From assembly GCA_021732025.1 (NCBI GenBank), contig JAKFVU010000080.1:162656-226655 (forward strand): a stretch of DNA of 64,000 nucleotides, read 5' to 3'. Origin of the DNA: Candidatus Obscuribacterales bacterium (GTDB taxonomy: Bacteria > Cyanobacteriota > Vampirovibrionia > Obscuribacterales > Obscuribacteraceae). Made by a program: the position numbers and the translations under genes. The first letter of the stretch is position 1; every line of letters begins with the position of its first letter. The notes under the pieces were generated by a model, which saw nothing but the letters and a program-made list of their open reading frames with translations, searched no databases and had not been told where the DNA came from. Below, piece after piece: positions 8,128 through 16,766 of the stretch.

Positions 8128-9930
8128 TTAAGGCATTTTGCTTGGTTCCACTTTCTTCACAGCTGCAGCTGGAGCGGAAACTTTCACCATCCAATCAACC
8201 AGAGCATCGCCGTCGGGGGCCCCCCAGCCGCTCGGATGGTCCCACTTCGGTCCCGCCTGATAGCCCGGATATCCAGCACCATGGCCGGCACCATTGTTGC
8301 CTTTGGTGACGTCATAAAAGTACTTGCCATAGTCAGCCGAGTTGCCGATGCGATAGACATACGGATTGGCAGAGCCAACACGTTTGCCCGCAGCTTCGAC
8401 AGTCAGCCCCCAGAGCGCAGCCCAAGAAGGCGCCGAGGCACTAGTGCCACCGATGCGCGACCAGTTGCCCTGGAAGTAGAACGAATAGCCGGTATTCGGA
8501 TCAGCGTTCATTGAGACGTCAGCACTGGCACGCTTGTCGCCACCAGGCAAACCGCTACCAACCTGCCAGCTCGGGCGCGACCAGTGGTCGGAAACACCGC
8601 CACCAGAACCAGTCCAGGCCGGTTCGGCTGTGCGCACGCCGTCCTGCTGGGTCATACTCGTGCCACCAACCGCGGTGAAGCGAGGATTTGACGCTGGATA
8701 GTCGACGGCCCACTTGGGCACTTCTTTGCCCTTGCTCTTGATCTTGCAATCGTAAGCACCGTCGTCTCCGCTGGAGACAAACAAGGCAATACCCTGAGCA
8801 GCCAGTTGTTTGAAGACCATGTTCTCGGTCTTCATCATCAGCCAACCAGTGCCCCTTTCACAAAGTCCCCAACTGACCGACATCACCGACGCTTCGTTAT
8901 CAATGGCGACCTGGTTAAAGGTCAGGGCAAAGTTGACGAAACTCGGATTGACAGCCATGTACATCAGCACATCGGCGTCAGGCACCTGTGAGCTGAGTAG
9001 CTGCAAATCGAGAGTAGTCTCTTCTTCGAATTTGCCACTCAAGCCGTTGATAGGGCGGTCAATCAATTGGCCACCACGAACGATGCCATGACGCTTCCAG
9101 TAAGCTTCGATGTCTTTGATGTCGTAACCGTAAGCCGTGGCAATGGCAATTTTCACGCCCTTGCCACTGTAGACCTTGGCCGGAACATTCTCATTGTTGC
9201 TGTTGGGAAAGTTGTAGACCGTGGCAATGTCTTGCGGTGTGTGCGCCTGAGACTGAGCACGCTTCGCCGGCGCTTTGCTGTGAGCAATGCGGCTTTCCAT
9301 CTGAGCATAAGTGTTGAGGCCAATGACAGACTCGACCACATCTTTGAGGTGAATCGGTACCACCGGGTCACGATCATTGCTCAAGTAGAACTTTGCCGCC
9401 GTTGAATCAGGAGCATTTGCTTGACCAATGGTCGATTGGTTGACTATGGTGTCGACCGAATACTCGTTGATGGTGACGTTGAAGGCTTTTTCCAACTGAG
9501 CAACAGTACCTTCAGCATGAATCATCAGGCGGTTCTTAGGCACTGACTTAATCTTCAGGCCCTGACTGGTAAGGTAGCGCACGGTCTCGTCCACGTCGTG
9601 AGTGGCTGGCGAGAAGTGAGCGATGAACTGGTCGGTGCTGAGAAACTGCTGATATTGCGGCGAATCAGGATTCTGCAAACTATCAAGCAGGGCGTCGAGA
9701 TCGGCCTCGTCACGAACTTTGAGGCCGACTAGAATTTCCAGGCGGCTCTCAGGATTGGCGTGCCTGACCAACTGCGACTCACCGAGAATTTCGGGAGTGT
9801 TACCAGAAAGAGTGACACCACCGGTGATGACAGAGAAAGTAGGACCGCGTTGCACAAGCCACACGGCGGTGACAGCCACAAATGTGAGTGCCAAGATGCG
9901 CAATAGCGCTTTGATTGAAACAAACTGCAT
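8128..9930 (-). CDS. secreted S53 (sedolisin/kumamolisin-like) serine peptidase with pro-domain
   Basis: 600 aa. N-terminal signal/anchor helix, a pro-kumamolisin-like N-terminal region, and the catalytic-serine motif GGTSASAPSWAALW. AGGAG lies upstream of the ATG. Confidence 0.8.
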   Translation of the reverse strand: MQFVSIKALLRILALTFVAVTAVWLVQRGPTFSVITGGVTLSGNTPEILGESQLVRHANPESRLEILVGLKVRDEADLDALLDSLQNPDSPQYQQFLSTDQFIAHFSPATHDVDETVRYLTSQGLKIKSVPKNRLMIHAEGTVAQLEKAFNVTINEYSVDTIVNQSTIGQANAPDSTAAKFYLSNDRDPVVPIHLKDVVESVIGLNTYAQMESRIAHSKAPAKRAQSQAHTPQDIATVYNFPNSNNENVPAKVYSGKGVKIAIATAYGYDIKDIEAYWKRHGIVRGGQLIDRPINGLSGKFEEETTLDLQLLSSQVPDADVLMYMAVNPSFVNFALTFNQVAIDNEASVMSVSWGLCERGTGWLMMKTENMVFKQLAAQGIALFVSSGDDGAYDCKIKSKGKEVPKWAVDYPASNPRFTAVGGTSMTQQDGVRTAEPAWTGSGGGVSDHWSRPSWQVGSGLPGGDKRASADVSMNADPNTGYSFYFQGNWSRIGGTSASAPSWAALWGLTVEAAGKRVGSANPYVYRIGNSADYGKYFYDVTKGNNGAGHGAGYPGYQAGPKWDHPSGWGAPDGDALVDWMVKVSAPAAAVKKVEPSKMP

Positions 9931-9997
9931 TGTAATCTCCTAGAAGTATAGGTATAGAGATTGTCGAAAGGCGAAGCTCGAAAGCTTCTCTAAGAAA

Positions 9998-11090
9998 TTA
10001 GACTTTGGGCAGAGCGCAAGCACTGCCGTTCATCGTTTCCAGCACGGCAACACGCTCAGAAACGGGCGGGTGAGTGAGCTGGAGGTAGCGCCAGAAAGCC
10101 TTGACCTTCTGCCAAACCGTGGTGGCCTGTACTTCGACACGCACGTCGAAAATCGGGTCGATGGTCATGATCGGACGTAGTGCTCGATAAAGCTCAGCTT
10201 CACGGCCATGCGGGCGGTTCTTCTCGACGTATGCGACCAGCTTGATCAGTGCCGAAGCAAGATCGCAAGGATGGCCAGTCATGAGAGAGCCAGTGGCATC
10301 AGCGGCAGATTCACGCGAACGCATGACAAACATCTGCACTACTTTGGTCAGCTGGCCAGTCACCTGAAAAATCAGGAACATGACGACGTATTCGAGGATG
10401 CCCCCGAAGAAGCCCTGGGGCTGCTTCTGACCGTTGACCTTAAGGCCAAAGCTGGGCTTGAAGATGCGAATGCCGGAGAGCAAAAGGCGCACGCCGGCAT
10501 CGGTGATCATGAAGAAAATCATCGAGAGCACAGACAGCATCGAGTTGATACCGACGTCGTAGTTCTTGACGTGGCCGAGTTCGTGAGCAAAGACTGCTTC
10601 GATTTCTGCATCGGTCATGCCGGTGAGAAAGAGGCCTTTGGTGGCAGCGACGACCGCTTTGCGGTGAATCGGACCAGTGGCAAAGGCGTTGGGAAGCGGA
10701 TTGTCAGAGACATAGACCGGAGGTTTGAACTTCAGACCACTTTTGGCGTAAACCCGATCAACAATGGCCAAGAGCCGCTGGTGCTCTGGGTTGTTCGGAT
10801 CAGCAGGAGTGGACTTGGTCATGGCGATAGCGATTTTGGCGCTGAACCACCAGCTCAGAACAGGAACCAAGAACCAGAGCAGGCCGAAGCCTAGCTGGAA
10901 ACGGTAGCTGTAGCCGAAGCAGGCCGAAGCCTAGCTGGAAACGGTAGCTGTAGCCGAAGCCGGCAAAAGCAGCGAAAATCAAAGCGCCCATGGCACCATA
11001 ACCAAGCAGGGTTTTGAGCCAAGTGACAAGTAAGCGGCGACGCATCTGAGAGTAATTCGGGTCGTCGGGCCCGATTGAGCGGTGAGACAT
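9998..11090 (-). pseudogene. htpX: htpX-like M48 zinc metalloprotease, reading frame broken by a 40-bp tandem duplication
   Basis: The N-terminal TM part (MSHRSIG...FAGFGYSYRFQLGFGL, with GGAG upstream of the ATG at 11090) and the catalytic part (HELGHVKNYD) lie in different frames. Deleting one 40-bp copy joins them as ...GFGLLWFLVPVLSWWFSAK... Confidence 0.75.
10881..10960. repeat. perfect 40-bp tandem duplication (2 copies)
   Basis: 10881..10920 is identical to 10921..10960 (AGGCCGAAGCCTAGCTGGAAACGGTAGCTGTAGCCGAAGC). Each unit starts and ends with GCCGAAGC microhomology. The length is not a multiple of 3. Confidence 0.97.
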
Positions 11091-11610
11091 AGAGATCTCC
11101 TTTTTGTTGTTATGAATGCTGTCAATCTCCCAGAGACGACAAACAGCAACCCGCCAACGACGCACACCATGCAATAAGCTGGAGTGTTACAGGCAGAAGG
11201 TTAGGGTTTGGCGTTGCGGAGAGTTAAAAGCCGTTTTGGGGTGGGGGTAGAAATAAAGTGACTGTAAAAATTTAGTTGGTAAGAGCAGGTAATATCAACG
11301 CAATTAGCTTTTGAGTCTCAAGAACAAACTTAGAGCTTAGTAAGTATCAGTACTTCTCAAATGACCTAGATGAGCCAAGCCTTACAACAAACACCATAAA
11401 ATCTGTGTTTAGAGAGAAGCACCGCCCTCTTGAAAACGGCATGCCAAGCGGCTTTGTCGTACTGTCTTTGCGTTAAGGAGATAGCGCAGCTATCAAGAGC
11501 AGCACATCTGCTCTATTCTACTAAACTGAACAGTATAACAATGGCTTTTTTTTACCGCCTAGTAAACCGAAAAAGACACTAGGTAAGGCTGGCGATTTTG
11601 CCGACAAATT

Positions 11611-11655
11611 GTTCAAAAGAAACAGAGAGAGGCAGGATAAAATCCTGCCTCTCTC
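11611..11655 (-). terminator. Rho-independent terminator of the 14449->11689 operon
   Basis: On the minus strand: 14-bp perfect stem GAGAGAGGCAGGAT/ATCCTGCCTCTCTC with a 3-nt loop, followed by TGTTTCTTTTG. It lies about 35 nt after the stop at 11689. Confidence 0.7.
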
Positions 11656-11688
11656 CAATTCCTATGACCTAGGCAATTCTGCTTTGCC

Positions 11689-11955
11689 CTAGCTGACCTG
11701 ATTGCGCCGGGCGAACTTGCGCGCGCCAGAGCCGAGGCCTAGCACACCGCAAGCAATCAAAACATAGCTGGCAGCGGCAAAGCCACCGGCCTGAGCAGCA
11801 GGAAGAAGCAAGGCGAAGACGCCGAAAGCGATCCACGACAAGCCACCAACCACACGACCAAGACCGCGAATTGACTCGGCTTTGGCCAAGAGCGAAAGAG
11901 CGTTCAGCACGGCCAAGGCCACGGCAATGAAGAACAAGAGAGTGAGTGTGTTCAT
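11689..11955 (-). CDS. small membrane protein (about 3 TM helices)
   Basis: 88 aa, almost entirely hydrophobic/Gly/Ala with a basic C-terminus. AAGGAA upstream of the ATG. C/G-ending codons. Confidence 0.6.
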   Translation of the reverse strand: MNTLTLLFFIAVALAVLNALSLLAKAESIRGLGRVVGGLSWIAFGVFALLLPAAQAGGFAAASYVLIACGVLGLGSGARKFARRNQVS

Positions 11956-11997
11956 ACGAGATTTCCTTACATGGTTTCCATACGTAGTTTCGTTTAG

Positions 11998-13446
11998 TTA
12001 GGCGCCGTGTTTCATCAGGTCGACAACCACCCGCAGATGGGGGAAGGCAGCCTGCATGTAACGACCAACGGCGAGCACGTCTTCGTCGCTGGGCTGATAA
12101 GTGCCAGAGTTACCGTTGATGTGAATGACGCCATCGGTGTCTTTCCAAACTTCACCAGCGAAGAGCACATCAGGATCGTAGCCAGAGGCAAGCACATGCT
12201 TACTCAAGATCCAATCGATGAGCTTGACACCAACAGTGGTGCGAGCAACGATGATCTTCTTGACCGTGATCACCAAGTTGTACTTGTTCGACTTCTTGAC
12301 ACTGTCGGTGCGCAACATGTCGTAGACATCACGCTCACTCTTGAGACCGAGGTCGGCGTAAGAAGGAGCCAATATCTTGTGAATGAGCTTGATGACAAAC
12401 TTCGAGAACAGCACTCGCTTCTTCAAGCGCGTCACCAGACCCGGGTTTTTCTGCGGGAATGGCTTGAGCCGCTCACTGAGATAGTCGAGCGGATTGACCC
12501 GTGTTTGCTCGCCGGTAAAGAGAGCATGAGCCCCCCAGAACTGCCGCAAAACTGCGCCCGTTGACGACGGCACAGAAAGCTTAACCGTGAAGTCACGATG
12601 ATACTCAGCAGTGGCAGGCAGTGCCGGAGCCACTTCACGAGAAATCACAGGGGCGGTCGCTTTGATGCCGACCAGACCGCCCACGGCGGCAACAAGCTTG
12701 AACGGCGAAGTAACAACAGCCCGAGCCGCTTTCCAAACCTTGCTCTTCTGCGCCTTGGCTTCGAGCATGCGCTCGCCATGACGACAGAAAGTCATAAGCT
12801 CAGCGGCAATGATCTGGCGAGCATAGCTCTCCATGTTGGCCTGGGTAGTGCGCACCACCTCAAGCTCGACTGCTTTGCCTTCGAACTCAAGACCATTGCT
12901 GAGCAGATAGCTGAGCAAGGCGTAGGGCATGTAGATGCTGCTCAGCTTGCGCTTACCCGAGGTGAAGCCGGCGTCTTCGAGAACACGCAGATTGGCGTTG
13001 ACGCAGGTCATGTATTTCTTGCCGTGATGCACACGCATCGCCGCACGAAGCTTCTCAGCCGCGTGGTCGGGCAAGCCGATAAAGCGCAGCATGATGCCCG
13101 ACTGCACGAAGTTGCGCGTATCTTCCACCACCGACGGTGCACGCTTGAGAGACTTGGCAGCGAACTTTTCGTAGCCGCCCTTGCCGTCAGGCACAGTCAG
13201 GTAGACATTGGGCAGGCCGAAGCCAAGAAAGATTTCGCTCTTGCCGGCGAAGAGATCAGAGATGCGGAAGACCCGCAAATCTTGAATGGTCCGCTCGCGG
13301 ATGCTCGAAGCGTCGACTACCTGATCGACGTGGGAGCCAAAGAGAAACTCGGGGCGCCGCTCGAAGTGCTGCGCAAAGCCCGCATCGGTGTTCAATGCAG
13401 AATTTTCCATATTTTTATATCCGGTTGGGCCAGTGAAAGGCTTCAC
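11998..13446 (-). CDS. hypothetical protein (no family recognised)
   Basis: 482-aa ORF (GTG at 13446, alternative ATG at 13410). Strong C-ending codon bias supports this frame. The antisense ORFs 12007..12564 and 12598..13449 are shadows. Confidence 0.6.
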   Translation of the reverse strand: MKPFTGPTGYKNMENSALNTDAGFAQHFERRPEFLFGSHVDQVVDASSIRERTIQDLRVFRISDLFAGKSEIFLGFGLPNVYLTVPDGKGGYEKFAAKSLKRAPSVVEDTRNFVQSGIMLRFIGLPDHAAEKLRAAMRVHHGKKYMTCVNANLRVLEDAGFTSGKRKLSSIYMPYALLSYLLSNGLEFEGKAVELEVVRTTQANMESYARQIIAAELMTFCRHGERMLEAKAQKSKVWKAARAVVTSPFKLVAAVGGLVGIKATAPVISREVAPALPATAEYHRDFTVKLSVPSSTGAVLRQFWGAHALFTGEQTRVNPLDYLSERLKPFPQKNPGLVTRLKKRVLFSKFVIKLIHKILAPSYADLGLKSERDVYDMLRTDSVKKSNKYNLVITVKKIIVARTTVGVKLIDWILSKHVLASGYDPDVLFAGEVWKDTDGVIHINGNSGTYQPSDEDVLAVGRYMQAAFPHLRVVVDLMKHGA

Positions 13447-13489
13447 TGACTGGTTAACGAAGAGTTAGTAAGAGGTTAGAGTTACTTGG

Positions 13490-14449
13490 TTAACGATGAA
13501 AGCGACCGTAGACACTGTCTTTGCGCTCAAAGAAGAGCGAAAGTTTACGGCAGAGGCTTTCAGCGGCGCGCAACAAGCGCACCAACAAGCGGGCAGGCGG
13601 AAGCACCTTACCAGTGCGCACGGCGGCCAGCAAAAGATCATAGTGGTCGAATGCCATTGAGCCAGCTTCAAGCAGGGCCATGGCAGAAACAAAGCGAGCA
13701 CTGCCAGCTTTGGCATCGTCGCCCGCCTGTACCGAGGCTTCAACAGAAGCTGCCAGATGCGCAGGAACCAGCCACATGTATCCGTGATCGACTACGTGCC
13801 CTCGTTGATCGCGCTCGGGGCGCGAACGCACATCGAGCAATTGCAGTTCGGCCTCGGGCACAGAGACGCTGGTTTCTTCGCTGCCCTCACGAGCACCGCA
13901 GCCAGGAAGGCTCTCGGTGTGGGGGTTGAGGAAGCCACCAGGGAATGATTCTTGGTCTTGGAAGGGATCGTGCAGGCGGGTGATGGTCAGAACTCGAGCT
14001 GAAGCTGTACCAGCGCCTACCACCACCAGAATAGTGGCAGTCGAATCGGCTTTGGCGAAGCGATAGAGCATGAGCCGAGAGCTGGTCACCAGACCTTTGA
14101 CCTGAGCCAATACCGTGGTTTGAATGCGACTCTCGGCCAGGTGCACCAAAGCATCAGTAAGCTGAGAACTTGAGCTTGGTGAAGTTAAAGCCTGAAGGGC
14201 ATCAACAACCAAAATCGGCACGGCACCGGCGTCTGCCAGTTCGTGAACAATTGACTTAAGCGACTCTGCACTGCACGAACCAGCAATGAGAATCACTTGC
14301 TGAGCCAAGTCTGCCGCCGGAAGAGCGCGCAGTTGGTCGAGAGCAGTGAGAGGAACATTGGCCATAGCACAGTGCGAACGCAGCTCATTGAGCTTGTTTC
14401 CGCTTGCACTTTCTGTGCCGAGCACCAGGAGATTGAATGATACTTTCAT
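13490..14449 (-). CDS. hypothetical protein (Rossmann-like alternating beta/alpha pattern at the N-terminus, family unknown)
   Basis: 319 aa from the ATG at 14449 (MKVSFNLLVLGT...). The ORF track extends to 14494. C/G-ending codon bias. Separated by 43 nt from the next gene downstream. Confidence 0.55.
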   Translation of the reverse strand: MKVSFNLLVLGTESASGNKLNELRSHCAMANVPLTALDQLRALPAADLAQQVILIAGSCSAESLKSIVHELADAGAVPILVVDALQALTSPSSSSQLTDALVHLAESRIQTTVLAQVKGLVTSSRLMLYRFAKADSTATILVVVGAGTASARVLTITRLHDPFQDQESFPGGFLNPHTESLPGCGAREGSEETSVSVPEAELQLLDVRSRPERDQRGHVVDHGYMWLVPAHLAASVEASVQAGDDAKAGSARFVSAMALLEAGSMAFDHYDLLLAAVRTGKVLPPARLLVRLLRAAESLCRKLSLFFERKDSVYGRFHR

Positions 14450-14730
14450 AGTAATTCCCGTTATGTTTGCCAGCAATGTGTTCGCAGTCAGCACTCGAAA
14501 GAGCGGGGCGAAAATTGCTTAGATAGTGTGGCTGATTGGCGTTAAGGTTTCAGGGATATTCACACTAGAGAAAGAGAAGAGTTATCTTTACAACTTACCC
14601 GCGTGCGGCAAGCTAGAACAAGAAACTAAATCTCATACTGCTTGGCTTCTCTCTAATTACACTTCATACTACTCATTTATGGCACAAACTTGGCCCAAGC
14701 CTCAGTTGCCAAGCGCTAGCGGCGGTCGCG

Positions 14731-15360
14731 CTACTTGTTAGTCATAGTTGTCTTGGTTGTCTTGCCTGTCTTATCTGCCTCAACCTGAGGAAATCTCAAC
14801 AAGCGAATATAGGGGTAGTAATCAAACATTTGATGGATTTCTACTTCGGTCCAAATGCCGTCGTTCCAATTATTGGTGAAAACCTGCGTACCCTTACCCA
14901 TGATGCCGCAATGGGCATTGGGACCGCCGTTGAGTTTATTGGGGCTTTCCATAAAAGCCATGAGAATGTCTCCAGGCTGACTGTTTTTCATCAAAAGTGC
15001 ATCATCAATAGCTTTATTGAAATCAGTACTTTTGCCACCACCATTGCGAATGACAATTTCATGGCAACAGTTTGGTGCGGCCAAAAGCTGGCGCCGCACC
15101 ACTGTCACCATGGCACTATGAACGGTATTGACACCCGTTTGCTTTAAGACATTGCAGAGGGCGGCGGCGCAGCCCAAAGTGCCTTTATTGAGGCCATAAC
15201 CGGGTTTCCACATCTCTTTGCCCAAACACTGCTTGCTTTTCAAAAAAAGCCGCTCGCTCACTGGGGCTGCTGAAAAGCTCTGGGCCTCAGCCATTGGTAT
15301 AGGCGAGAGAGCAAAGAACAGACAAACAAGGGCCGTCAAAACTATAGCAATTTCTCTCAT
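14731..15360 (-). CDS. secreted papain-fold (NlpC/P60- or CHAP-like) hydrolase candidate
   Basis: Starts at the ATG at 15360 with a signal peptide (MREIAIVLTALVCLFFALSPIPMAEA). Candidate catalytic Cys (GTLGCAAALCNV) and His (NAHCGIMG). The upstream part of ORF 14731..15633 overlaps the hldC-like gene and is rejected. Confidence 0.45.
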   Translation of the reverse strand: MREIAIVLTALVCLFFALSPIPMAEAQSFSAAPVSERLFLKSKQCLGKEMWKPGYGLNKGTLGCAAALCNVLKQTGVNTVHSAMVTVVRRQLLAAPNCCHEIVIRNGGGKSTDFNKAIDDALLMKNSQPGDILMAFMESPNKLNGGPNAHCGIMGKGTQVFTNNWNDGIWTEVEIHQMFDYYPYIRLLRFPQVEADKTGKTTKTTMTNK

Positions 15361-15463
15361 CGTTTCAGCATAACAGCACGGGTACAAGAATGGTTGTGCG
15401 CCTTCTGTTAGACTTAGCCTTGATAGACTTCCGAATATTCGATATTCACTTATTTGAGGAATT

Positions 15464-15931
15464 ATGGGTCGCATACTGAGCCAATCTGAACTAGCCGCGG
15501 TCGCTGCAGCAGAGAAGAAACAGGGTCGCCAGGTTGTCTCAACAAATGGTTGTTTTGACATATTGCACGTCGGCCATGCCCGCATCCTCAAACAAGCTCG
15601 CGACTTAGGTGACTGCCTCTTTGTCGGAGTCAATTCTGACGCCTCCGTAAGGCGCCTGAAGGGTCCAGAAAGACCAATTAATAGCGAGGCAGACCGAGCC
15701 GAACTTCTGGCCAGCCTAGGGGCTGTTGACTATGTTTATATCTTTGACGAAGACACACCGATAGAATTTCTCACCGAGGTTAAGCCCAATATCCATGTTA
15801 AGGGTGCCGACTACACCACTGGCCAGCTGGCCGAAACCCCGGTAGTCGAATCGTTTGGCGGAAGAGTAGAGTTGCTGGCCCTTGTGCCCCTGAAAAGCAC
15901 TACCGCACTAGTAGAAAAAATCAAAAATTAG
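15464..15931 (+). CDS. hldC: D-glycero-beta-D-manno-heptose-1-phosphate adenylyltransferase-like cytidylyltransferase (RfaE domain II type)
   Basis: 155 aa. GCFDILHVGHARIL ... VGVNSDASVRRLKGPERPIN ... VKGADY closely parallels E. coli HldE domain II. Confidence 0.75.
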   Translation: MGRILSQSELAAVAAAEKKQGRQVVSTNGCFDILHVGHARILKQARDLGDCLFVGVNSDASVRRLKGPERPINSEADRAELLASLGAVDYVYIFDEDTPIEFLTEVKPNIHVKGADYTTGQLAETPVVESFGGRVELLALVPLKSTTALVEKIKN

Positions 15932-16025
15932 TTTGCAACGGCACTGTAATTTTCGCTTTCTATCTTGGCATTGTGGAGATTGAATCAATCTTCCAACATC
16001 CCCCAGGAAATCGAGGATTGCACCA

Positions 16026-16748
16026 ATGGAACTGGCAAACACAAACTTGGCAAAAGCCGAACAAGCTAATGAAAAATCTCAAACAGAAAATTTCAGCCTT
16101 GCCCTCGCTCTAGATTTCGCCCCCACTGCCAGCAATCGAGCCAGCGCCCTGCAAGAGCTAAACACGCGCAGCGCTGACACAACCTTTTTACCGAGCTTGC
16201 AGCTAGATGGCGACAAGCCCGAGAGCCTGCTGGTTAAAGACGCAGTCAATACTTTTAAAGAAAGCGGTCCAACAGCCACTCTTCAATTGTTGAGAGCCGA
16301 TTTGGCTGCTTTTGAAAAAGATGCAAAATTGACGCTTAAGTTGCCCAGTGATAGAGGTGGAGCCGGCTTCGATGAAGAAACCGCCAACAAAATTGCTTCA
16401 GAAAAATCAGATGCGCGCTGGCAAGCTGTAAAAACTGCTTTGCTAGAACAAGATCCAAACGCCATCGAGAAGCTTAAGGTAGCTTACCTCGACAATACGC
16501 TGAACGCCATGAGCGCAGCCAGCAGCCGTTACGGCAACCTCGACCAATATGGAGTATCAGGCCAGGCTCATTTTGAAAGCCAAAAAAGCAATGGCTCTAG
16601 CGCCATGATTCGTGAATTCGCTAACAAAATAAGTAGCGAATACAACTCGATCGCCAATCCCCGCGGCACCGATATTGATGGCAAGCTAATAGATAAGCGC
16701 GAGCTTGAGAGCTACAAAGCCAAACAAGCTCTGAACTGGCACAAATGA
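16026..16748 (+). CDS. hypothetical protein
   Basis: 240-aa ORF with no signal peptide or motif recognised. Confidence 0.5.
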   Translation: MELANTNLAKAEQANEKSQTENFSLALALDFAPTASNRASALQELNTRSADTTFLPSLQLDGDKPESLLVKDAVNTFKESGPTATLQLLRADLAAFEKDAKLTLKLPSDRGGAGFDEETANKIASEKSDARWQAVKTALLEQDPNAIEKLKVAYLDNTLNAMSAASSRYGNLDQYGVSGQAHFESQKSNGSSAMIREFANKISSEYNSIANPRGTDIDGKLIDKRELESYKAKQALNWHK

Positions 16749-16766
16749 AGGCTCAGAGTTTGGGCT

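Noticed and set aside
15361-15633. N-terminal extension of ORF 14731..15633
   Set aside because: It overlaps the well-supported hldC-like gene on the other strand, and the signal peptide begins only at the ATG at 15360.
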